A stretch of DNA of 63,612 nucleotides, filler included, from Choristocarpus tenellus KU-1152 (lineage: Eukaryota; Protista; Phaeophyceae): the NCBI GenBank assembly GCA_964200185.2. It is 9 parts of 9 records of this genome, joined end to end, with 100 filler letters (N's around TTAATTAATTAA, not from the genome) between each part and the next. Parts side by side here need not be neighbours in the genome. Positions count along the whole stretch, not along the records: positions 1 to 6,486 come from CAXNAD020008030.1; positions 6,587 to 25,151 come from CAXNAD020000540.1; 7 more parts are not named here. The stretch is one strand, 5' to 3'. The notes beneath the pieces are model-generated. The model was not told the DNA's origin and did no database searches. It saw only the letters and a program-made list of their open reading frames with translations. Numbering within the stretch: the first letter of the stretch is position 1; each line of letters opens with the position of its first letter. Both the position numbers and the translations under genes were made by a program. Positions 1 through 11,400 of this stretch are shown here, in pieces.

Positions 1-18
1 CTACAAGGCCCACCATCT

Positions 19-192
19 GACCCAAAGTACCTGGGGGGGGGTCTACATCAGGGTGTCCATTTGGGTCATAACCAAAAAAGTGCACTTTTATTATCCATCT
101 GACGTATGGAATCAAATCACCCCAAAAATCCCGACTTGAAAAAATTGGCCCCAAATGGACAGCCACCACCGCCATCCCAGATACTCTTAGCC
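19..192 (+). mobile_element. MITE family A (3-bp TSD, PIF/Harbinger-like)
   Basis: TIRs gacccaaagtacctggg / cccagatactcttagcc, TSD tct/tct. Homologous to 13643-13825. Confidence 0.85.
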
Positions 193-324
193 TCTCAAAC
201 TTTGCACGCCTCCCAATCTATTAAAAAAAACTAAGCTTCATCCAGGGGGGTTATCACGTGGGTTGTTCCCCAACGAGAATGGAGCTTGCAAAGGTTATGT
301 TGCGTTTAATTCCGAAAAGAGGAT

Positions 325-380
325 GAAGGTGATAATGGAAGTTCTAGGTTAATCGTAAATTCAGAGCGGGATGTATGTAT
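325..380 (+). mobile_element. Left piece of decayed Ty1/copia reverse-transcriptase relic
   Basis: Reads MKVIMEVLG*S*IQS-RDV (one frameshift), similar to the copia RT segment preceding 'DV..AYL'. Continues at 5141. Confidence 0.35.
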
Positions 381-3300
381 AACAGCCGATTTCAAAAATT
401 GAGGATGGAGCTTTTCATTGAGGATGGGCTTGACCCAAAATTGACTGGGATAAAGTGTCGATATGTATTTTGTTTAAAATTTAAACATTTTTATAGAATG
501 AAACATCACAAAATAGAAACATAATGAAGGAGTTGGACATATTGTTTTTGAACTATTACGTTATACTGATATTTCTTATTTTTTAACCGAAGGAAAATGA
601 GGCAGTCTCCGCAATGACAAGCGAGAAGCTGAATTCAAATAATAACAAAAATGCTAGAAAATGCTTAAGAAGAAAAGAGCATTTCTAACCCTAACCTTAA
701 GAGTGATGGTTTTCAGTCATGATGCTTTCTTCAGACAAAACACCTCGTGAAATATGTGAACATCACTTTTCTCTTTAAACAACAATGGGTAGGCAGCAAT
801 ATGTAGTAATTGAAGTACATACCGGTTATATACTAATTCAGTGTTTTATACACCCTGTCCCATTGTTCAACAACGATGAACGTGATTGTGGAGGTTGGGG
901 CTTGTGGATTCCTGATTTTTTTTTTTACTTAGTGTTTAAACGAAATGAAAATCGACAGCAAGAAATGTCCTAAAACAAACCAATTTCACACTTGATGAGT
1001 AGAGATGCATTATCTACACATACTTGATTGAAGTACTTGAGAAAGATATTTCTTATATATGTATATACGTTTTGGTGTAAAAATATTGATCAATCATCAC
1101 AAATTCATGAGAAAAAAACATTCTAGCCAACAACAAGTCAATAACGAGTGGAGGGTGACGTAATTACAACGATAACTTCAGAAGATACAACGGTTTCTCC
1201 ATCATTCTTTCAGTTTTATCTTATCCCATAGTATCCGTCCTCTCAGCAGCCGCATCCAAACCACTCACAGCACTTCTCCTGTACCCCACCTTCCCATCTA
1301 GTCACTTTAGACGTTGCCCCAACATCAAATTAAAGGATACATACAATACATCCAACATCGTACTTCGAAGTAAAAGAATGGTTCCAGGGGCAGCTGCTCT
1401 CATTGGGGGACTCCTCATCTTTAACTCTGCTCTCACTGGTAGGTGCTTCTGATGTTGTGGTAGCGTAACTCGCTCGTTTTCGTTGTTGATCATTGTTCGT
1501 CTCGGGCAATGAACGTCAGCAGGCAACTTAGATGCGAATTAGAAGGCGGGGAAGAACGTAGTAGGACGGTTGTGAGGTACCGCGAGATAGTTTAAACTTG
1601 TCTGAGCGAAGCTCGCTCACACCATGTCGGGCCCAGTTCGTGTCACTACAACAAACATGGTGACAAGAAAGCCTTGTATTATCTGAATGCGTGGATAACT
1701 TCCTGGTTCCTCAGGTGCTGTGGAAGTGGGCAGCCAGGCCATCGTGACCACGACAGCGACGGGGTACGACGTTCGCAGCTTATCAAACAATGGCTGCTTT
1801 ACGGACGGTTGCAAGCCTGAGCTCACTCGGGTACTTGCCTTTCCGCATAATAAGTTTATCAAATAATGTCGATCTTCTACTCTCTTTCGCACTTTTGGAT
1901 TTCCGATAGAGAATTATGTTCGACGCTCTAACCGTTTCTTTCCTATCACAAGACTCGCGCGCGTCGCATCTACCTGTTCAGCACAGCACTACCGTCAACA
2001 AAGCGTTTAATAAGACAGAGATCGTCGTGACGTAACTCAGACATTTTTGAAGTGTCTCAAGATCACTGCTGGCGTTCGAGGTCGAAGGGCTCACAATTAA
2101 ACTTTCAATTAGGCTCGTCTTAGTTTACTACTTCGGAGTACTCCGAACTTCTGTGCTTTTTCTGTGCTTTGAGTGTACTGTATCAATCAAATATCATTTT
2201 GTACGGATATGTTCGCCGACTTGCCATATGCTAGTGGTAGACCTCAGTTACAAATCAGAGCTATGCTAACAATTAGAGCTTTGATTACAATTATCATACG
2301 CCCACGGACACTATACTGATATTATGCTACGGGACAGGGAGTCCTGTCAACCTTCCAGGCATGTGACCTCTCGATCCTCACATGCCGTCGAAACAACTAC
2401 CCAAGTCCCCTTCCCCATAACAAAACTATCAGATTTACCAGCAAACATATTAATTTGATATTCCTTTGCCTGTGTTCTGCGATGCTCGAAGCTTTCTATC
2501 GTATAAATAAACGTATTCATGTGTTAGAACTGCGAGGATCAAAGACCTCCTGTAGTGATTATTGCGGGGGCATCTTGTTCAGATCAGTCCACGATCATCC
2601 CTGCATGTACCGAAGTATTTTACATTTACTCTTTTCCCAATACCCAACACTTTGTACCCTCTACCCCCTACCCATATTTTGCACCAAAACAACCATTGTA
2701 CTATTGTGCACCATCAGTAGACACATCCATCTAAAAAAGGTGAAATGATTAAATTTTTTCCACATCCCAACAAAGAAAGGTGGGTGGTTATCCTCCTCCA
2801 CAACCAATGTGCACCTGATCTGCAATGATGATAGGATGGAAATATGGATGGCGAGTCCAGGTGGTCCTGCTCTACCAGCATTAGCGGCATGAGTGAATGC
2901 TCCATCACATACTCGTTCAGCTTGCCCCAAACACTCACAGCTGTGTGCATCGGTGAGCAATGATGTATGTAGAGATGAGGCGGAGATCTGGGTTGGAAAA
3001 CGCGTAATGAGTTATTTTCTTGGAAGTAATCATTGGAAATGTATGCTTCCTTTTTCATTCATACGCCAATATTTATGCCCATACATGGAGTACACAGGGG
3101 AAAAGGGAAAGCACCAGGTCCCCAGCATGTGTGGAATATCAGAAATACTGGAATGTTTGACGTCATACGACATGGATCGGGTAGCTGACTTAGAGTGGAC
3201 GAGCTATGAATAAGATCCGTACACCCTTCTTACCATTTCCTCACATCCTTTCTGCACTCCCAGTGCTGCCCTGTAGGTATGTATGCTCGGCTTAACCTTA

Positions 3301-5136
3301 CGAGCAAAATCGCCCCAACTCCCTGCAAGGCATCCAATCCGAAGGATGTATCTCTGATTTCTCACCGTGATTCCAATTTCACCCAATCTCGCCTGCGGAC
3401 CTTGTAATCAGGTTTCTACAAGGGCAACACTCGCACACGCAGGTTCCAGATCATCAGCGAGGGGACAGTCATAACTGAGACGGAGTACTCAGAAAGTGGT
3501 GGGCAGTACCTAGGGCTCGAGGAGTACTTTGTAGATTTCAAAACTACTGAGGTCACTCTCCTTGCCACCCCTACCTCAGATCCTGAAGAGTGGTTCAGCC
3601 TCACAGAGGTATTTTAATATAGCCTCAGGCACACAATAGTGTGGCACATGGGTAGTACAGTTGTGGTGTGTTCTTGTACTGGGGTGCACACTAAGGTCAC
3701 AATTGACCCCTGTCAGAGATGGTGCGCCTCGCCAAGCCCTGCTTTTCAGACCGCCGCGAAATGTGTTATTAGATAAGACTTTGCTCCTCAACCATCCAGC
3801 ACAGAAACTGGTAAAGGGCGATGGGCACACTCTCTTGACACGGACCAAGCCATTTGTTATCACCTCATTCCCACATCACCAACTCAAATATCTCATTCCA
3901 GGTAGTCTTCCTCGCACTTAGAGGCAACGAGATTGGTGATACTAGCAATAGTTTGGCAGTCTCCGCCACAGGTTATGATGCCCGCACGACCAGCGGATGC
4001 AATGGTCCTTGCCTCCCGTTCAATACCAGGGTGAGTGACCTATTGGAACATAGGATACACAAAAAAGCAGCCCTTAGAAGAACATGCACAGCCATTAATA
4101 CAGGAATGTGTGGTGGTCTTTGATCAAGCAGGAATCCTACTCTGTTCATTTTTCTTGTCACCTCAAAACTTGATCTCATTTCATTGCTCCACCATTGTAG
4201 GAGGGAAACTACGATGATGATGTCAGCCGTTGGTCATGCATCAATTCGGGAGCCGCAGGTGGCCTATGCAGCATCACCTATGATTTCTCTTGCTCGGTCT
4301 ACCTCAACCTCATCCGTATGTGTGAGTGTAGTTCCAATTCTTCACAAGATAGAATCCTCTACTTGGCTTGCTTGCATGCCACATGAGCGAGTCAGACATT
4401 GCACAAGCGAAGTGTAGGTTGGTTGGGGACACTATTTTCGTGTAAGTTTTTGTTCATCACCTTCACTGTTGCATTAACCCAGTTCTCTGTGATCACTACC
4501 TTTTGGAAACCTCCTATTCCAGCCTTCTACAAGGGTGATGAGCGTCAGCGCTCGTTGGAGGTGCACATCAACGGAGCATACTATGCCTCCTTTACAAGTG
4601 CAGGGGATACCCTGGAGTATGAGAATTTTGGGGTCTATGAATTCGATGTCACATCAGTCTCACTTGTTGCCCTCAACCTGGGGACTGATTGGCTCAGCAT
4701 AAACAATGTTGAGATGTACGTGAGCTGAGCAGTTGGAGAGAGGCTCGATATCTCTGTGTTGTGAGTGATGTTACATCATGCTGTGCTGATCCATCGTCCT
4801 TACCACCCCCCTCACTATTTCAAGTGTGTGGTCTGTTGGGCATGCTTTGGGCACTGGACGTGACTTACCTTGGGCTGGTTTCAAGGTGGTCAATCGACTG
4901 CTTAACACAATAGTAATGTTTCATTGAATGGGTGAGTGCGGTATACTACTATAGGGTTTTGATATTTCTTTGGTACATTTTGTTCTTTGGTAAGTTATTG
5001 TTGGTGACTGGTTGTCATTGTGCTTGAGTACGACCATTTAGAACGATAGTGGTAAAGCTCTACCTACCTGGAGTGTATCTACACTCCGGAGTATTTTTTG
5101 CCCATCCTTTGTCGATTCATTATTGGATCCACTGTT
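381..5136. mobile_element. Candidate gene-carrying (Pack-type) TIR DNA element with AACAG...CTGTT termini and 4-bp GTAT target duplication
   Basis: The left end (aacagccgatttcaaaaattgaggatggagc...) is repeated identically at 6430. The right end, reverse-complemented, starts aacagtggat, as does the terminus at 56042. GTAT flanks both sides (377-380, 5137-5140). The joined flanks read as one decayed copia RT motif. Confidence 0.5.
1378..4728 (+). CDS. Secreted protein (~315 aa) with two tandem galactose-binding-like (F5/8 type C / CBM32-like) repeats; 7 exons: 1378-1438, 1715-1830, 2835-2952, 3412-3608, 3902-4030, 4201-4321, 4523-4728
   Basis: Manual splicing gives all GT-AG introns, compatible phases and 948 nt with no internal stop. 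Exon 1 is a signal-peptide-like MVPGAAALIGGLLIFNSALTG. The pattern TGYD.R...GC...C.P..TR / (D/E)GN.D..SRWSC...CSITY.F / FYKG..R.R...W.S occurs twice and matches, by recall, the CBM32-like repeat common in brown algal proteins. Confidence 0.88.
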
Positions 5137-5140
5137 GTAT

Positions 5141-5450
5141 GGTCGTATCTTTCTGGAGAAAGCATAAGTGAGGACGATGTGTACGTATGAGCTTTAGTAG
5201 ACCTGGGGATAGGGCTGCCAAGGGTGAAATTTATGCTAGTAGTACGTCATACAATAAAGTACGGACAAACTTCAGATATGAGCATGTACTTTTTCGTGGT
5301 ATTGCATCTGAACGGAAGGGGAGGACAAGTGTTTTTTTCTTGACGGGCACATGCTTGATGCTTGATGATACTCTGACGGACACCTAATGGAAGATGCCAT
5401 TTCATAGGTCGGGTTTTAGGATGTGCTCAAATCACTTCAATGAGACACAC
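5141..5450 (+). mobile_element. Right piece of decayed Ty1/copia reverse-transcriptase relic
   Basis: SYLSGESISEDDVYV*ALVDLGIG...VVRH..KYG resembles copia 'AYL.G.L.EDVYV.P...LG....L...LYG'. Contains stops and frameshifts. Confidence 0.35.
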
Positions 5451-6429
5451 CTTTGTCGGTTGACTTCAGTAATGTCTTGTGATGTGGCAACTTGAAGTTG
5501 AGACGGATCTCTATCAATAGAGTATCAACCATCGAGCAATGGCTGTGTCTTGTTTCAAAGAAGTGGGACAACGTTGCATGTTGTGGGATCATGACTTTTG
5601 CTTTTGATGTAGGGATAGGAGGGTAGCTTTTCGAACTATATGGAGCACGAACGAGCAAGCACACATAGTTCTTTGACCAAAGGATATGTTGGCGATATAT
5701 ACTGCAACAGGTGTATGCATGTATGAGAGTCATCTCAAGAGTATTGAAAGTATATATATATGTGTATGGCATATTTACTTGAACATAAACCTCTAATGAC
5801 CTCAAACGCCAAATATATGCTCCACAATACTGTCATTGAATTCTCAGTGACATTTTTCAGGAATTCTGACCTTTTGTCAAGGAGATGACAAAAAAGGTAT
5901 GAGGCCGAACCTGTATGCAGATTTCTGACTCCATGTTCTTAGCTGGTGGTGATGGTTGTTGTCGTTGTTGTTCTATACCTCGAAAAGAAATACGACTGTG
6001 CCACTGCCCTCTTAAACCGGCACAACGAAGGTAATATCTGTCTCCGCCACCCCTTACAAAACCTGCAAAACTTCAAGTGAGCATGACATGATGCCCCCCA
6101 GAGAATATACCACGAAGTACGCAAGACTAGAAGTATATGATATGGCAGTCAGCACATCACCCTATCACGGGATCCTTAAAAGGCAACCCTGTCTACCTCT
6201 TCTCAGTTGTTTTGACAAGCAAATATGGAGAAGTAGAGCAGTGGGTGGTATGTAGGATCCCTCAATAAACTTGATACTCTCTTCACATCAAAATGACCTG
6301 AGGAAAGGGTATGTCCTACCCTTTAAACGTGTTGCTACAGGGATAGCTTTTCCTGTACTATGTGATATGAAACACAAAAGGATCCATACTGTGAAGTCCA
6401 TAGCTGCCTCTACAAAGCACACTGCAGTT

Positions 6430-6486
6430 AACAGCCGATTTCAAAAATTGAGGATGGAGCTTTTCATTGAGGATGGGCTTGACCCA
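6430..6486 (+). mobile_element. Second left terminus of the AACAG-ended element family, truncated by assembly gap
   Basis: 57 nt identical to 381-437. Confidence 0.75.
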
Positions 6487-6586
6487 NNNNNNNNNNNNNN
6501 NNNNNNNNNNNNNNNNNNNNNNNNNNNNNNTTAATTAATTAANNNNNNNNNNNNNNNNNNNNNNNNNNNNNNNNNNNNNNNNNNNN
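6487..6586. other. Artificial contig linker N44-TTAATTAATTAA-N44; also at 25152-25251, 28264-28363, 33293-33392, 43011-43110, 46546-46645, 50785-50884, 55899-55998
   Basis: Identical 100-nt spacer with stops in all six frames, eight times. Confidence 0.97.
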
Positions 6587-7568
6587 CCCCCAAAAGGGCA
6601 GTCGCCCCCCCCCCCCCCAGATGCTTTGAGCTAAACGCACTACACTTCGGAGTGGAAAAATTGAGAAACGCAATAATTAAAATTTTCCGAAAACGGAATT
6701 GATCAAACATCCACGTAATGTAGTTGACTATGACAAGGGCGCATCTCATATCGTGGTTTCTCTGCTGATGTGTGACTGCTGCAGGAAAATATATTGCACA
6801 AGATAGATATCCTGCTGCCCTCCCATCAAAATACCATTCAAGAAGGACATATTGTTCTGGGCTGTATGTTTCAGAAAAACGAACTCTCCCTCTCATGGAG
6901 GTACCTTCCTTCAACAGACTCATCTACAGTGCTTGACCAGAGCCAGACAAGAAATTGTGCAAGCGTTCAACGCATTGACAATATTGTTAGAGTTTCTTTG
7001 AGTAGTTGCATATACAAACCCGAGGTTAAAGATCTTTCATTGGTACGAAAAACAATCCCAGTCGAAAGATAGGATAGTGAGAACAGTTGAAACTGACAAC
7101 GATAAAAAATGATGTGTACACTATTTCGCAACGAATGTGGTTCTCTTGAGTATTTGTATGGGTCCAGCAATCAAACTGCCGCACCATTTTTTATTCCACT
7201 GCACAGAGTAAACTCTCTATCGAACATGCTGTGCTTGGCCCTGTATTGAGTACAAATTGTGCTGTTGGTTGAGATGGGTGCGTTGACAGCAATATTATCC
7301 TCAATTTGTATACCTCAATGAGAACAAAAACGTTATGATGCATGATGTGTGTGTGTGTGTGCCTGTGCAGGTACATAGAATTGCAAATGTGAAGAAAACA
7401 TTGATCAATAAGGCTGCCTGACTCAGATCAACTATTAAGCCAGGAAATAAAACAACAGTGTCGTGTGCAATATTATCTCCAGCATGCATAAATATTTCCG
7501 CAGTAGTTCTCTACACAGTCACCTAAGGGTTTTCGACATCAAGACCTGATATTTCAAGATTCTTACCA

Positions 7569-7606
<38 letters not shown>

Positions 7607-8055
7607 GTGTATGTATAGGTTCCTAGTTATTGTCTGCTCTACTGCCCTTGAAGGCAGGGAGGAGGGTTTGGTTGTGTAGTGTGATACGTGTTTGGGTTTT
7701 TTTCAGGAATATACAGATTTGAAAGTGTTTCATGAAGTCTATATTGTTTCATCAACAGGAAGTAGTACTACCACATACGGAGTAAATCCAAACATTCACT
7801 TCATCGTTTTTTGTGCACCGTAGCTGCAGTACACGGATTTGCAAGACTGATCTGCTTGTAGATAGGAGTAGTATGGTGTGCACAAGGGGAGTATACGTCA
7901 ACAATATGTCATGCAAATGTCATAGGACAATGAAGCCCAGCAACAGTTGATTGCTGCGCCCAATATGTTGCCTCAACATCCCTTGCTCCTCTTGCTACCA
8001 GAAGGTGTTGCAATCTACAACAGTACCAATATTCTTGTGTGCGAGGTATCGATGA

Positions 8056-8337
8056 GAGTCAAATCATTTAAGAGGGTAGGAATTTTTCCCTCTTTGTCCG
8101 TTTAGAGCTTGAATTCCCACAGGGCTTTTATGCCTTTATCAGTTTCCTGTGTGAACACAGTTACCTACTCTAAAATGTTTTTTGGAGTAAGAAGAATGTA
8201 TATGACTATGAAAGGTGTGTCCTGAGCAAGGATATGGACACTTACTAACAAACAAAATAGCCAAAATTCATCAGAATCGCAGCATTTGATTATGATCCCG
8301 AACGGGCGTGGCTCTACTCTCCTAAGTGCTTTGGGTC
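8056..8337 (+). mobile_element. MITE family B
   Basis: TIRs gagtcaaatcatttaagagggtag / ctactctcctaagtgctttgggtc; internal sequence shared with the other B copies. Confidence 0.82.
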
Positions 8338-8411
8338 ATGAGACAACCTTGCACAGACTAGCTGTATGGCTAAGTATCCCTGCTTTGTGACACACATTAC
8401 ATTCACGAACC

Positions 8412-11400
8412 TTATTCCATCCCCAAAACTCCCACCTGCTCCTCCCTCGGCTCTGTGGAATTTAGTTTCCACTTGTCTACCTCTTCCAACTCTCCGGTCG
8501 CTCCATCGCTGTCCCTACTGTCTGCACTGCAGTTTCCCCCTCTAGCTACACGCCCCAGCAGCAGTGTGACACCGGGCGCAACATCTGGCCTTCGGCACAT
8601 GCTCCTCGGGGAAAACAGTCTAGCATTCCTAACCCTTAGACGGCCCTGGTATCATGGGGGGCGAATGAAGGTTGTAGGGGGTGTGCTGGGTGAGAGGGTG
8701 GTCCTATAGGGTTAAGATGTCTTTTGGAGGACGAGAAGGGTAGAAAAACCTCCATGTGGTGAGATGCTTATTGAGTTAGGGACCCAAAGAGAAATTTCTT
8801 CACCAGACCTGACATAGATCAGGTGGCAACATCCCAGTGTTTTCTTCTCCTTCTAAGTGGCGACTACAGTATTGCACGTCATTATCATCCTTGCTCTTGG
8901 CACCATGCTCGTACTATTGAAGAGTGCTAAGAAAAAAGTACATTGTACAGCTTCCCTGGCTCAAGTCAACTCTCCCACTGTTACTATGAATTCAACACTG
9001 CTACCTTCAACAAGTGAATAAGGGCAAAGTAGCCCCTCTGGGCCGCTCGTTCCCCCATCTACTCCACTCTCCTACCTAGATCTCTACCCGCCCATTCGTC
9101 TATACATCCTTTCCTTGACAAACAACATCACGTAGTAGTATATGACACCTATCAATCCGTCCTGTACCCACCTTATCTGCTGAGCTCGTAGCCGGATCAA
9201 AGAAGGGCGTGTTGGGATCATTGGCACTGTTATGGATCGTTATTGACCTCCCAGGGTCCCCGTTCTGTTCATCAATGTGAATGCCCGGCCCATCCATCTC
9301 GTCCTTCCCCCATTCATATTCCAACTCGTGGTCTTCTCTTCCCTCTAAAATCTTCTCAGACAGTGTGAGGGGCAGCAAATCACCAACCTTTGTTGTTGTT
9401 GCTGATAAGCCTGCTTCCTCCCCCCTTTTGATACGAATCTGCCCTCGGTATGCTGTTTCAGCTGATCCTCTAACATTGGCCCCCACTTGCTTGTCAACAA
9501 TATTATTATAACCATTGAACGCATTCGCTGCCCCCCTAGTCCACGCCTTCGCAGCACTGCTGCAGTAGGAAGGTTCCACTTCTTCTGTTGTTATACTGCC
9601 AAGGAGGACCCCATCCTCTGTGTCGGCCTCCTTCCATCCCCCTTCCTCGTCGTCCATAAGCGTTTGACCTTGACATGATACTTGTTCGATCTCACCTCTG
9701 TAATCCCGATTCTCCCATTCTCCTGTGGTACAATGTGCAACTGCCGCTTCTCCCGTAGTCAAATACCCTTCCTGCTTCATTCCAGCTCTTGTATTGGTGG
9801 GGTCAATTCCAATGCCAGAAATCATTGCTCCTGGTGTTTCTCCTGCCCAGGATTCTATGGACTGCCCCTCATACAAAGAGAGTAGAGATTTCCCCATATC
9901 TCCTCTTGAAACCCACTTCAACTCGTGCGCTCGGGTTAGGTCCTCAATATCTCCTAATTTTCCTGCCAACTTGGCAGTCATAGCCTTCTCTGCTACTAGT
10001 ATTCTTTCCCTCATGGCACAGTCTTGGGAGTCTTGCAGAGGATCCAGTCGGTCAATCTCAGCTCCCCACCCTCTCCGGTGATTTTGGTTCTTTATCGCCT
10101 CTTGAATTGGCACTGTTTGATTCTTCATCCTGCACAGCCCTGGAATTGCCGCTTGTCCAAGTCTTTGCCCTACCTTCCTTGTTTTTCTCTTTTGAGCGAC
10201 TGCTTTTGCCTTGTATGGACTGGGGCGTGGAGAATCTTTACATGCCATTTCTGCATCACCGTTCCTCTTGGATGAGGATGGTGGGCGTGGCCTTCTTCTG
10301 ACCTTCAAATGATCATCCTGTCCCCTGGCGCCCTTCCTTCTTGCCGCGTTGACTCGATCAAAACCCTCTGGAAAAGAAAAGACCTCTGTCTCTGGTCCAC
10401 CTCCAAGTCCATCCACAGTCAAGGGATCACCCCCTAAATTAAATTGTTCACCTCCAAGCTCCTTACCCCGTGACTCCTCTCCCACGTCCCAGCCCTCCCT
10501 CCCCCCCCTCCTGGCCCCATTCTTCTTCCTCCTCCTCCGTCGTTTTAGCCTTGTGCCCTGACTTCCCTCTCCACCCCTGCACTCACTGTAGGGGATAACA
10601 TAGTCCCTGTCCTTATCTCTTTCCCTCTCCCTCTCTAAGACACGCTCTACAGCAACACGGTAAAAATCGTCCTCTGTCATTGCTTCTACATCTGCAGCAT
10701 AACTCTGAATCTGTCCGCTGCACCCTGCTCCCGATATCTGCCGCTTCCAGGTTGTGGAAATCCGGTCTGGATCCCCGTTCATACCTACATCGGCATTATG
10801 AGAAAACTCCACCAGCCCTTCTCCTGTGTCACTCTTTGCTCTCTGTGGAGAAATCGTCTGTGGAAGAGGTGGGAAGGAGGCAGGGGATGATTGCTGTTGT
10901 CCTGGGTTGAGCTTTGGTATTGTCAAGCTAGTTAGGATTCGGCACAAAAAGGTCTAGCCAAAAATGAATTTAAAGCAGTTCTGCCTCAGAATTCCCCTAA
11001 AGATACACTTTCCATTTCCATGCAGGCCATCAGAAGCAGAGCTTCATCCATTGTCTACTCATAACATGTTCGAAAGCTAGAGATGTAGCATGTAGAATCA
11101 TTGCTAATACTGGTGCAATCAATTTTTCTTTGATGAAGTATGTAGTCCATTTTGTCCCGCTGTGCCTACATCTCCAAAATATCAGTGGAGACAGAGTAAT
11201 ACGGTGTAAGTCGATGTAGTGCATCATGGAGCTCAGCAAACGGCTTAATATTATACTTTGAGTGGAGATAGGAAACAATTGACGATTTTACAGTCAAGAG
11301 AAGCAGTTACCAGAAAGGGTTTGTACATATGAGAGAAGATTAGAACAACTGCCTATAAGGCCTTTAGCTACAAAAAAGCGTATGTAATTTCCACAGCTTG

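Noticed and set aside
6531-6542. TTAATTAATTAA repeated eight times between N runs
   Set aside because: Artificial six-frame-stop contig linker; gene neighbourhoods across it are not meaningful.
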